Source: Rebecca billardiae RCC1528
Lineage: Eukaryota > Protista > Haptophyta
DNA length: 64,000 bases
NCBI GenBank assembly: GCA_965240325.2
Contig: OZ251236.1
Coordinates: forward strand, 434,001-498,000
Direction: 5' to 3'
Numbering within the stretch: position 1 is the first letter of the stretch; each line of letters starts with the position of its first letter. The position numbers were made by a program, and so were the translations under genes. Below the pieces are notes generated by a model, which was not told where the DNA came from, made no database searches, and worked only from the letters and a program-made list of their open reading frames with translations. This document shows, in pieces, positions 30,049 to 40,314 of the stretch.

Positions 30049-31575
30049 TCGCCCATGTCGAAGAGGTGGGTGAGGGAGATGCGGTCGACGGTGCCGCCCA
30101 TCTCGAGGTAGGTGAACACCTCGAGCACGCTGCGCCGAGGGGGCGGCGGCCGCGTGCGCGGCGTGCGCGTGTCAGCGCGCGCGCGCGGAGGCGGCGCCGA
30201 GCGGCGGGGCGTGTCGCGCGCGCTCATCGCTCGCGCGCTCGGCACGGCGGGCGCGCACGGCGCGCGTGCTCGCGCGCACCACCACAAGCGGTCGAGGTAC
30301 GTCTCGCCGACGAAGGCGAGCAGCCCCTCGCACCCGGCGAGGAAGACGGGCAGGCACGAGAGCGTCTCCTCGATGTGCGTCCGGCTCTCCTGCGAGATGC
30401 ACGCCTTGTCCAGCCAGACGACAGGCTCTCGCCCGTGTGAGGCGACAAAGCCTGCGCGCCACGCCTGCAGCGCGCGCCACTTGGCGTCCGCGTCGTCGTG
30501 CCAGCTGCGCGCGCAAGGGCGGGGGGCGCACGGTGTCGGCGGAGGGCCGGCGCGCACGCCGCGCACGCCGCGCACGCCGCGCACGCCGCGCGCACGAGTG
30601 AGTGACGAAGGCGTCCACCTCTCCGAACGCGCGCGGCAGCGAGCGCTCGTGCAGCGCGGGGTCGGGCGCCGGGTTGGTCAGGTCGGCCTTGCTCAGCCGG
30701 TCGAGCGGGAGGCCGCGGAAGAGGCGGCGCGCGCGCTCCTGGATGGTCTCGGGGTCGTCGCCACCGAGCAGCGAGGCGATGCACAGCGCGGCGGACATCG
30801 CCTCCCCGCGCGCCGCCACGTACGCCTGCGCGCGCACGCGCACCGACGGGTAGAGGGCAAGAGCACCCGCGAGGCACTCGAGTGCGCTGCCGCCGTGCGC
30901 GGCGTAGTAGGCGGCAGCGGGCGGCGCGACGCCGACGCCGAGCTCGATCGCGCGCGTGATCGTCTCCGACGCGCCGTCGAGCATGAACGCCAGGCCGAGC
31001 GCGTTCCACAGCGCGTCGAGCTGCGCGCGCGGTGTGCGCAGCCGCGCGAGCGTCGCCGAGAGCCGGAGGGCGAGCACGAGCGCGCTCAGCGCCTGCGCGA
31101 GCCGGCACGACCAGTGCAGGAGCAGCAGCCAGCAGGGGGGCGCGCCGGCGGGCGCGTCGGCCGAGCACGCCGCCGGGCGCATCGCCTCGAGCCGCGCGAA
31201 GAGCAGCCCGAACGTCGCCGTGACGCCGAGCGCGGCAAACGTGACGACCATCACGCCGTAGCACACGAGCGCCGCGTCCATCGGCGTGAGGGCGAGGAGC
31301 AGGAGCATCGCGCCGGGGGCGAGGCCGTAGTGCATCGCAGACACGCCCATGGGGAGGCGCATCGCGAGCGCGATGCCCGCGCCGGTGGAGAGCACCACCA
31401 GCGTCGCGCCCGCCGCCGCGAGCGGGAGCTGCACGCGCCGCCGGAAGTTGAGGCCGCACGCGTGCGCGCCGTCGAGCTTCTCGCGGATGCTCAACGCGCG
31501 CTTCGCGAGGGTCTGCGCGTCCGCGGGCTCGTCCTTCGACGTGCGCCGCCACGGCAAGACGTGGGGCGCAAGCAT
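29580..31575 (-). CDS. 6-TM membrane protein with cytosolic TIR-like domain (~584 aa; introns 30505-30595 and 30130-30279)
   Basis: Spliced product DAFVTHSWHDDADAKW...VWLDKACISQ...LPVFLAGCEGLLAFVGETYLDRLWCVLEVF. Both introns are GTGCG...GCAG and their removal restores the HSW and WCVLE motifs; six hydrophobic segments upstream. Start codon is the most plausible ATG. Confidence 0.82.
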
Positions 31576-31943
31576 GGCGCCGAGCGCGAGCACCTTGCTC
31601 GGCGGCCGAGCAGCTGCTTCAAGCTGCCCTGCCCACCTCTGCACCTCTACCCATCAAGCCCGCCTGGCCGGGCGCGCGCCTGCCCACCCGTTCGTACTCT
31701 CGACTCGATCGGCGTCTCGTCGTCGTCAGAATCCAATAGAGGGTGGGTATTGCTGGCCGCCTGGCCACTTCGTGGCTATGGTATCAATCAATCATCATGA
31801 TGAGGCCGCCGCCGTTCATCAGCGCTCATATCATATTATTATGAGCCCGCTCCGGGCTGGTATCTGAACCCGCGCCTGGGTAAACATTGTTCGCGGACAC
31901 GCACGGGGCTCCAATTCAGCGCAGCGCCCCAGCCCACCGCAGC

Positions 31944-33830
31944 ATGCGGCGGGCCGGCGCTGACGCTGGCGCCGAGCGCCTGCCACCCGTGTCGAGAGCG
32001 ATGCCTGACCCCGTGCCGCCGAGCCTGCCGCCTAGTCGGACGGCCGCGGGCAGGCTGCCCCGCATCGGCGCCGCAGAGCACTCGCACTCGCACTCGCCCG
32101 CGCGCGGGGCGCGCAGATCGTCCGGCGCGCACTTTGAGCGCGCCGGCGATGGCGAGCGCGTGGGCGAGGAGCGCGTGAAGCAGCTCCTGCTCGGCGTGCA
32201 GTTCTTCCGCTCCGCGTTGGCGTCCGAGCTCGGCGCGCTCCTGCAGCACGTCGACCAGATCGTCGTCGAGCGCTACGCCCAGCTGCTGCGCGAAGGCACG
32301 CTCGGGCACGTCGCGCACTTCTTCTTTGTGATCGTCTCGGGCGAGGTGGAGGTGTGGAACGCGCGGGGCTTCTCGATCCACCTGGGCGCGGGGCGGTGCT
32401 TCGGCGAGTCCGCCCTCTCCGAGAACCCGTACCCGCGCAGCCACTCCGTCACCGTCACGCGCCGCGCGCTGCTGCTCCGGCTCAACTCGCTCGAGCTGTG
32501 CGCGAGCGCGACGCTCCGGCGGCTGCTCAAGCGCGAGCGGCCGAAGATCGAGCGCAGGATCATCGGCAACCTGCTGTTCAGCCTGCCCTTCTTCGGCGGG
32601 CTCGCGCCCGAGGTCGTCGACGAGATCTGCCACCTCTTCACCTGCCGCGACGAGATCGGCGGCGTCGCGCTCTGCACCGAGGGCGACGCGGACTCGCGCG
32701 AGATGTTCTTTGTCGCGAACGGCGCGGTGGGCGTGTTCAAGCACGGCGCGCGCGTCTCGACGATTCGGCACACGGACTCGACGCCGTGGGTGGGCGAGCG
32801 CGCGCTGCTGGTGCACAAGCCGCGCGCGGCGTCGCTCGTCACCGTCGAGCCCACGCGCCTCCTCGCCCTGCACGCCGACCAGCTGCCCGAGCTGCTGCGC
32901 GCCGTGCCGACCATCCACGGCATCTTCCGCACGCAGGACCGCTTCTACGCGGTGAGCAGCGTGGACATGCTCGGCGAGAGGGCGGCGCCGCCGGACATCG
33001 AGGCGCAGGCGACGTCGTTCAGCCGGCGGCGGGGCCAGGTGCTCGTCGCGGCTGCGCTCGGGGACCGCGCGGACGCCGCGGGCGGCGCCGCCGCGGCGAA
33101 GGGCGGCGGCGCGCGCCGGCCGAGCGAGGCGCGCACGGAGGGCAGGCCGCGCCGCGCCGCTGCGCAGCGCGCGACCCACGCGCCCGCGCGCGCGACCCAC
33201 CCCGTCGGACGCCGGCGGCCCGGCCAGCCGAGATCCACGGCCGCCGACCGACTGCTGGACGAGCTCGAGCTGCTGGAGCCTGAGCCGCAGCCGCTGCCAG
33301 CGGACGCGGAGCAGGCGGCGGCCATGCTGGCACCGGTCGTCTCCTCCACCCTGCTGGCCAGCGCGCGCAGCTGGAGGCCGGGCGGAGAGGGAACGCCGAT
33401 CGAGGGTGGCGGCGCGCAGCCGAGCGGGCTGCGTGCTCCGCGCTCCGCCCTGTTCGAGCTCGCGACCACCGACGCGTTCGACCCGGCCGAGGCGATCCGA
33501 CAGGGCCCGGATGCGCACGAGGGCTGGCACGTCGCGCTCGAGAGCAACTTCTTCGCACGGCGCGAGGCCTTCCGCGTGGACCAGGAGGCGCGCGTGACGC
33601 GCGAGGCCACCGAGCGGAGCCTGTGGCTCCACAGCACGCGGCCCTCGCGACACGCCGCCGGCGACGGTGGTACTCGGCCGCACGTCGGCGCGAGCCCGGT
33701 GGCCGCCGCTGCGTCGAAGCAGGCGACGCTGCCGCCGCTGCCGCCACTCGCAGCGGCAGCATCGTTGTCGCCCTCCGTGGGTCAGCCGGGCGGCGCGCGG
33801 CACGGCCGTCGGTTCCGCCAAGCCGGTTAA
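31944..33830 (+). CDS. Protein with two cyclic-nucleotide-binding (CNB) domains and a low-complexity C-terminus
   Basis: FFFVIVSGEVEV..LGAGRCFGESALSENPYPRSHSV and MFFVANGAVGV..WVGERALLVHKPRAASLV phosphate-binding cassettes; start ATG 31944 or 32001. Confidence 0.85.
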   Translation: MRRAGADAGAERLPPVSRAMPDPVPPSLPPSRTAAGRLPRIGAAEHSHSHSPARGARRSSGAHFERAGDGERVGEERVKQLLLGVQFFRSALASELGALLQHVDQIVVERYAQLLREGTLGHVAHFFFVIVSGEVEVWNARGFSIHLGAGRCFGESALSENPYPRSHSVTVTRRALLLRLNSLELCASATLRRLLKRERPKIERRIIGNLLFSLPFFGGLAPEVVDEICHLFTCRDEIGGVALCTEGDADSREMFFVANGAVGVFKHGARVSTIRHTDSTPWVGERALLVHKPRAASLVTVEPTRLLALHADQLPELLRAVPTIHGIFRTQDRFYAVSSVDMLGERAAPPDIEAQATSFSRRRGQVLVAAALGDRADAAGGAAAAKGGGARRPSEARTEGRPRRAAAQRATHAPARATHPVGRRRPGQPRSTAADRLLDELELLEPEPQPLPADAEQAAAMLAPVVSSTLLASARSWRPGGEGTPIEGGGAQPSGLRAPRSALFELATTDAFDPAEAIRQGPDAHEGWHVALESNFFARREAFRVDQEARVTREATERSLWLHSTRPSRHAAGDGGTRPHVGASPVAAAASKQATLPPLPPLAAAASLSPSVGQPGGARHGRRFRQAG

Positions 33831-34525
33831 TTAGTATAACAACTCCGCCTGTGGCAGCGGCGCGGAGTCATCGCGCGCGAATGAATCTCGCCTATCTCTC
33901 TCTATCTCTCTTATTATTAATATTAGTATTACAGCACAGATGACTAGCCTATTGAAATATATTACTGCTTAGCTGCCAGCTGCGGCCGATATTATAATCC
34001 GATATATATCGGCGGTGGCGTTATAGGGTCGTATATATATGTCTAGCCGTCCTCGTGAACGCCGAAAGATGTTGGTCGGTGCACGCGACGCGCCACCCGC
34101 GTGCGAGCCGCCGCCGCCGGCGACGCAGGACGAGCTTGGCTGGAGCCATCTCGCACGCCGCGCCTGGCGAAGCAGGCGGCAGAGGCCGGCGCCGGAAATC
34201 GATCTCCTGGGCGGCAGAACAACCCGGACAGACTGTTTGTCCGGGAGCAGCGCCCTTTGAGGCGATGGTCTGGTAGAGGGCGATGTGGCTGATGAGTGAT
34301 GAGCGGCGCTGGCGCCCGGCGTTCTTGTCGTCCTCTTAGACAATCAGTTATTGTACCAATAACCCCACATATATATATAGCTCTCTCTGCTCTCTCTCTA
34401 CTCTCTCTCTACATTCTCCGAGGCGGGCCGTCCGCGGGCGGGGTGTCGGCGGCGGCTGCCACATGTGACATCCGGCGCGCAGTTGTCACTTGCCACTTCG
34501 CCAGTTGTGCTGCCAATCATCACCA

Positions 34526-35686
34526 TCAGCGAAGCCAGCGCAAGTTCTCCTTGTCCTGCAGCCCGTTCCAGAACGAGCGCGCGTCAACGCGCTTGCGCCC
34601 CGCAGCCTGCAGCTCCTTGATGTGAAGGACGCTTCCGTCACCGCACTCGGCGGCCAGCGCGTCGCCATCGAACCACAGCGTGCGCGAGCCGGCGCCGCCG
34701 CCGCCCACCTCGACAGGCGCCGCCGGCACGCCCGTCATGCACAGCTTGACCTCGGTCGCAGTGCCGCTCACCTCGAGGCTGGCCGTCGTACCGGGCCACT
34801 CGGCGAATGCGCGCACCTTGTTGTGCACCTCGCGCGCCGACGAGCTGTCGAGAGACACGGCCGCCTCGTCCTTCCCCACCTTGGGCGCATGCGTCGCGCT
34901 CGCGTCGTCCTGCCCCTTGGCCGAGCTGGCGGCGTCGCCCGCCCACACGGACGGCAGCGCGCCGAGCAGGTCGGCCGTGCCCTGCTCGAAGAGCTCGAGC
35001 AGCAGCTCGGGGGCCTGCTCGTCGCCGGTGAGCTCGCGGCTGGTCTGCGAGACGATCGGCCCCGCGTCCATCTGCAGCACGGTGAAGAGCACGCTCACGC
35101 CCGTGCGCGCGTCGCCCGCCTCCAGGCAGCGCTGCACGGGCGCGGCGCCGCGGTACAGCGGCAGGAGCGAAGGGTGGATGTTGAGGGTGCCGTGCGCGGG
35201 GATGGCGAGGAAGCGCTTCGGAAGGAAGCACCCGTACGCGGCGGTCACGCAGAGGTCGGGCGCGAGCTCCTCAAGCTCGGCGAGGAAGCCCTCGTCCTTG
35301 GCCGACGGCGGCGTGAGCACGGGCACGCCCCGCTCGTCTGCGAGCGCGTGCACCGGAGAGGGCGTGAGCACCTTCTTGCGGCCGACGGGCGCGGGGGGCT
35401 GCGAGACGACTCGGATGATCTCGAACGACGACGCCGGATCGGATGTGGCCGACGCGTCGAGCATCAGGTCGAGCGAGCGCGCGGCGACCGCAGGCGTTCC
35501 CAAGAAGACGACTCGCTTCGGGCCAGTGGCGCTGCCGGCGCCACTGGTCGACATGCGGAGCGCACAGCGCCAGGGCCGACGTGCGAGGGGCACACGCGCC
35601 ATGCACGCCATGGGTGACGCCCCGCGGAGCGGGCTGGGCGCTGCGGCGGCACAGCAGCCCGCGCCGAGCAGCGCGAAGATCGCCAT
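34526..35686 (-). CDS. fmt: Methionyl-tRNA formyltransferase, probably plastid-targeted
   Basis: VVFLGTP, VVSQPPAPVGRKKVLTPSPV, TAAYG, LNIHPSLLPLYRGAAPVQR, MDAGPI, HNKVRAFAEWPG. N-terminal MAIFALLGAGCCAAA signal followed by an Arg-rich transit-like peptide. Confidence 0.95.
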   Translation of the reverse strand: MAIFALLGAGCCAAAAPSPLRGASPMACMARVPLARRPWRCALRMSTSGAGSATGPKRVVFLGTPAVAARSLDLMLDASATSDPASSFEIIRVVSQPPAPVGRKKVLTPSPVHALADERGVPVLTPPSAKDEGFLAELEELAPDLCVTAAYGCFLPKRFLAIPAHGTLNIHPSLLPLYRGAAPVQRCLEAGDARTGVSVLFTVLQMDAGPIVSQTSRELTGDEQAPELLLELFEQGTADLLGALPSVWAGDAASSAKGQDDASATHAPKVGKDEAAVSLDSSSAREVHNKVRAFAEWPGTTASLEVSGTATEVKLCMTGVPAAPVEVGGGGAGSRTLWFDGDALAAECGDGSVLHIKELQAAGRKRVDARSFWNGLQDKENLRWLR

Positions 35687-35827
35687 CGCTCGTCGTGATT
35701 GCGTCTGCTTCATCATCGCCCACCCACCCGGCGAGGAGATTTTCCTTTCCGTCACGGAACTACGATGGCAGTACGTGGGCGTGCCTTCACCTTCGGAACC
35801 AGACGTGGCGCGAAGCGGTCATCCTTG

Positions 35828-36979
35828 ATGACGACGCTCGTCGTGCTAGCGCTCGCGCGCCTGTCGATGGTATCGGCCTGCACGACAGCGATGCCATAGG
35901 TCTTGCGCGCCTTAGGCTCCGGGTCCGCATCCGACGCCGAGCTGCGTTGCCAGACGCCGGCGCTCACAGGCTACTCGAAGGACTACTGCGTCTCCGATAC
36001 TCATCTGCGTCTCCTGCTGTGCGGCACGCCGAAGGCATCGGCGACCACCACCTTGAGGCTCATGATCATGTAGCTCGGCCTTCAGGATGAAGTGCGCGCG
36101 TTCAATGCCGCACGAGGGCTCGCATCAGGCACTTGGCCTCACCATTACATTCACGAGGTGTTCTACTTGCAGCCCGAGCACCGGCTGCAGCTGCAGTCTC
36201 AGGAAAACGGCACACTACTGTGCCGGCAGGAAGGCTGGCTGTGCATCAAGTTCGTGCGCAACCCGTTTGACCGCGCGGTCTCATCCTTCCTCGCTACCGT
36301 ACAGAAGTTTAACATGCCAGCCGGGCAGGTGGAGCAAACTTGGGCGTGGCCGGCGCTCACCGACACGGTCGGCGAAGCAGCGCTGCGCGCGGGCGACTGG
36401 TCGTTCGCTGACTTCGTGCGGGCACTCGAGGTGACCGGTACCGCAGCGAGGCGTGCGGGGAGACCTACCGCCTCCCTCATGGGGAACGGGGTTGCACTGC
36501 ATGTGTTGCCGCAGTCGCCGCAGTCGTCGGCGCGCTGGAAGGCCCGGCCAAGCGCGCACACCCCTGGCGACGAGCAGCAGGAGGATTCGAAGAGCGGCGA
36601 TGGGGACGGCGGCATGCACCTCGTGCCTATCGAGAGCTTGGCGACAAGGCTGCGCGCACTGGAGAAGCAGTTCCGGCCCGATCTGCGCCTGTCCGCACAC
36701 GCGCTCAACCTGAGCTCCGGGCACTGGAATTCAAGGTCGCACCTGCCGAAGAGCGAGGCAGCTGCCACTGCCATGCTGCCACCAGTCAACGTGACCACCG
36801 CCGCAGTGCAGCTGTGCTCTGGTTTCACGCGAGGCCACTCGTGCTCGAAATTTCCTGCGGGCGCATACGATGCGATGCAGCACAGCGGGTGGGCCAGTGT
36901 CTGGAGTAAGGTTGGCTGTCTCTTCGCGCATGACGTTGAGCTCTTTGCAAGGTCCTGCGTGGCGCAGCAACCTGAATAA
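35828..36979 (+). pseudogene. Carbohydrate sulfotransferase (Sulfotransfer_2-like) interrupted by two in-frame TAG codons
   Basis: One frame: MTTLVVLALARLSMVSA (signal/anchor), TAG 35897, LLCGTPKASATT (5'-PSB), TAG 36071, KFVRNPFDRAVSSF (3'-PB), HVLPQ, LFAHDVELF. Confidence 0.8.
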
Positions 36980-37443
36980 CATATGGCGATTGACCGCCGG
37001 CCGCGCCGGGGGCTGGCGTCAGGCGGTGCTGCCGCCGCTGCCGTGCGTTGACGACGCCGCAGGCCCGCGTGCGGCCGTGCAGACGTGGCAGCAGCGGGCG
37101 GCGCACGTAACCGTGCACGTGGTCGTTATCTGAGACTGCGCCACCCGCTCCCACCCGGCCGCTGGCGCCTACCCGCGCCGCCCGACCTCGGGACCGTCAT
37201 TCAGGCGTCCGCTCAGAATATATCGTCACTATGACTATCCGGTCCATCGTTGGATCGTCCGGGCCTCACTGCTATATTGTCATCTTCGATCATCGTCATA
37301 TCACACTCATCAGACATCACTGGATGTGATGTCATGTTGTCATAATAAGTGTTATTAGTGACAAGTTACGGCCGGCGGACAGAGTAGTACGTGACGTGAC
37401 CTGCTATACTCAGATCACATCAGACGATGAGGCGGACGAGCCA

Positions 37444-38575
37444 TCATCGATCATCAGAGTCCAACTGCTTCAAGGACAGCGATGGCCATCTCTTCGATAA
37501 CATATATATACTCACCCGGCTGGCAGACTGGCGGCCCAGTGTAGTATGTGGATTGCAATCAGGGTGGTCGGAGCAGGGCCCAACATATCGTGACACCAGT
37601 GGGTACAGCTCGTACCCAGATACCTTATATAATTCAGTGACGCTGAGAAGCCAGAGATGTGCGAGTTTGTGTACTCCACTATCTTGTTCAGCACAGTCGA
37701 GGTATACGCCCAAGAATTCACGACAAGTACGCCCTGCAGAGTGGCCTGGGAGGCCTCCATGAGCGCGAGAAGAGCGCGACTGGCCAGCAGAATGGCCTCT
37801 GGAACATCGCTGCCACTCAGCTGAACCCCTGTTGCTGTCAACAGCGAGTCAACCGGGTGCAACGCGGAGAAATTGAGGCAGTACTCTGCATGTTTGTGTA
37901 GCCACTGTCGTTTGGCCGCTGGGTCCAACGCATTGAAGGTGAAGAAACAAATTGGGTGGGGTCTCATGAAGACGATATGTGTGAAGTTGTGTGCGGCACC
38001 CAATGCGCGCAGGTTCTGCTCAGTGACAAGCGGCTGCCCAAGGTTTTGAAGGCTCTCGACATTGGACGCCGTCACAATCATTGCACCTGTGTGCATCTCC
38101 ACGAGCAACGGAATCGACAACCATGATGGCCAGTTTTCGCGCAGCCTCGTGTACTCTCGCATAGTTGTGTGTTGTGAGGGTTGCCATCATGACGAAATGT
38201 CTCTGTTCTGCACATGGTCTTGCGCTCGAGGTTTCCATGTCGGTTCGGCATACCATTTCGCACCCTGAACCTGGGCGTATTGCACAACATAGACTAGGTC
38301 AGCTGGTCTAGGTGCGACGTCCCGTACATCAGCAGTCGTGTTCCAGGCGCAAGCTCAAAGCGCGAGCGGTTGATGGGCGGCAGTCCTTCCAGCCGGCGTT
38401 TGGTGATATTCGGGCCGCAACCGTACCTCGCGTATGGACACTCCAGCTCCATCACCGTCCGTGAAGAGGAAAATTCGAGCGGATTGAACCCGCCTGCCAA
38501 CAGCAGCGCTACAGCCGGCATCGTGATCGCCCAGGCCTGCTGCGGTATTTTTTTTACAAGACCGTAATTCATCAT
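37444..38575 (-). pseudogene. Degraded secreted SGNH/PC-esterase-like (O-acyltransferase/esterase) gene
   Basis: Fragments in three frames: hydrophobic N-terminus, RLLMYGTSHLDQLT*SMLC (G-x-S block), NFTHIVFMRPHPICFF, C-terminal PCSDHPDCNPHTTLG. Visibly lower GC than neighbouring genes. Confidence 0.45.
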
Positions 38576-38708
38576 CGGCTATTCGGCTCTCAAATCGGTT
38601 CGCGGACCCACCCGGCACGGTGTCAAAGGGACCGCGAGCGCGCCCAGCGGTCGCGGGGGCAGCCATTGACTCTTGGCTTGGCATGCCCCGCCGGGGCGCC
38701 ATCGGAGC

Positions 38709-40136
38709 ATGATGTGCACCATGCTAGCCGTGGCGTGCTCCCTCGTGCCCGCCCTGAGTGGCGCGGCGCCCGCCCCAGCCCCCGGCAGCACGGCCATCGT
38801 GTACACGCGCGCGATGGACGAGGCACCGTTCATCACCAGGTGGGTCGAGTGGTACCTCGACCTCGGCTTCCGCTCGATCCTGATCCTGGACACGTCGCGG
38901 ACGCCCGAGGCCAAGCGCGAGCTCCGGCAGCAGGCCATGGCGGCGAGGGGCGCGTCGTCGGCCGTGCGCGTGCTCTCGCAGCCGACAGACGTGCACCCTG
39001 ACATGCTGCTCGCACAGGCGGCGAGCGTGGTCGAGCAGGAGCGGCGGCGGGTGGGCGCGGCGTGGGCGCTGGGTGTCGACCTGGACGAGTACCTGCTGCT
39101 CGACGGCGGCGCCACCATTGAGGCGCACATCGAGCGCGCGACGCGTGCGTGCGACGGTCTGCGCCCGCACGTGATCCAGTTCCGCTGGGTGATGGTGCAG
39201 CACCTCAAGCAGTCGTGCGCGTCCTTCGGCGGGCCGGGCGTGCTGCGCCGCGCGTTCGTCAGCCACTTTGTCAAGTCGATGACGCGCCCGGTCGACGGGC
39301 TCGTCACGCTCGACTCGGTGAACGCGCACTTCCCGCGCGTGCACAACAGCTCGGCCACGGGGCCGCGCGGCGTGCGCGCCTTCCGCGACAACACGTGCCA
39401 CGACAACGTGGCCGGCCGGGTGCGGATCGGGGAGCTGTTCCGCGACAAGGAGGGGCTGTACGCGGACAGCGTGCTCGTGCACGTGCACACGCGCTCGGTG
39501 CGCGACCTGCTGCGCAAGGCCGCGCTCACGGGCGTGGGCCTGAAGCAGATGCGCAACACGACGCAGATGGCGGCCATGCTGCTCAACGCGTCCGCCACCG
39601 CCGAGCTGCCGACCGACATCGACGCGCTCACGGCGGTGATCGGCTGGAAGGCCTCCAAGCCGCTGCAGGACATGAGCGTGGGCTGTAAGCTCACCGACAT
39701 GCTCGAGCGATCGACGGGCGCGCGCAACGGCGAGGCCGGCCTGTCGAGCAGGCGGCTCGCTGCGCGCGTGCGCGCGCTTGCCCGCGCGCGGCACACCAAG
39801 TTGGTGACGGTGCCGGCGCGCGCCAAGTCCCCCCTCTGCAATGACACGCTCGAAGCGGAGGGCTTCCTGCGCACGATGGCCGACCTGTTCCGGGCAGCTG
39901 GCCTCGCGCCATCGGACCCCGCCGTGCTGCGCAGCCTCGTGGCCAAGCCCACCACCAGGCTCGTGGTGGCGATGGCGAAAATCTACGCGGCGGAGACGCG
40001 TCGGCTGTTGCTCGGCGGGTCGCCGTCCGAGCTGCCGTCGGGGTGCGCGCGGAATGTGTACCGCGCGTGGCTCTCGCAGCTCAAGAAAATGGGCCGCGGC
40101 TGCGTTGGCACCGTCAACCCGCACTTGTGCAGATGA
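38709..40136 (+). CDS. Secretory-pathway GT-A glycosyltransferase (GT92 / Glyco_tranf_2_4-like)
   Basis: Signal MMCTMLAVACSLVPALSGA; DEAPFITRWVEWYLDLGFRSILILD; WALGVDLDEYL (DxD); VKSMTRP; HVHTRSVRDLLRK. Confidence 0.82.
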   Translation: MMCTMLAVACSLVPALSGAAPAPAPGSTAIVYTRAMDEAPFITRWVEWYLDLGFRSILILDTSRTPEAKRELRQQAMAARGASSAVRVLSQPTDVHPDMLLAQAASVVEQERRRVGAAWALGVDLDEYLLLDGGATIEAHIERATRACDGLRPHVIQFRWVMVQHLKQSCASFGGPGVLRRAFVSHFVKSMTRPVDGLVTLDSVNAHFPRVHNSSATGPRGVRAFRDNTCHDNVAGRVRIGELFRDKEGLYADSVLVHVHTRSVRDLLRKAALTGVGLKQMRNTTQMAAMLLNASATAELPTDIDALTAVIGWKASKPLQDMSVGCKLTDMLERSTGARNGEAGLSSRRLAARVRALARARHTKLVTVPARAKSPLCNDTLEAEGFLRTMADLFRAAGLAPSDPAVLRSLVAKPTTRLVVAMAKIYAAETRRLLLGGSPSELPSGCARNVYRAWLSQLKKMGRGCVGTVNPHLCR

Positions 40137-40314
40137 CGTCAGCATAATGCTGACGATGTCCGGCTTAGGGAACCGGCGCACGAAAATAATATGATGATGA
40201 TGATGATGACGAAATCTGCCATTGAGATTACGACGCGAATCGTCGTGGTGCAATCGGCCATCGGGACGAGACTACCGAGAGGCCGACAACGACACGGAGC
40301 CCGTTCACGATCCG

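Noticed and set aside
34020-34340. GC-rich island between TA-rich tracts as a MITE
   Set aside because: Only a 5-bp terminal match (gtcta/tagac) and no TSD.
35897-36073. TAG codon reassignment
   Set aside because: Intact long genes in the window have no internal TAG, and TAG terminates pyrE.
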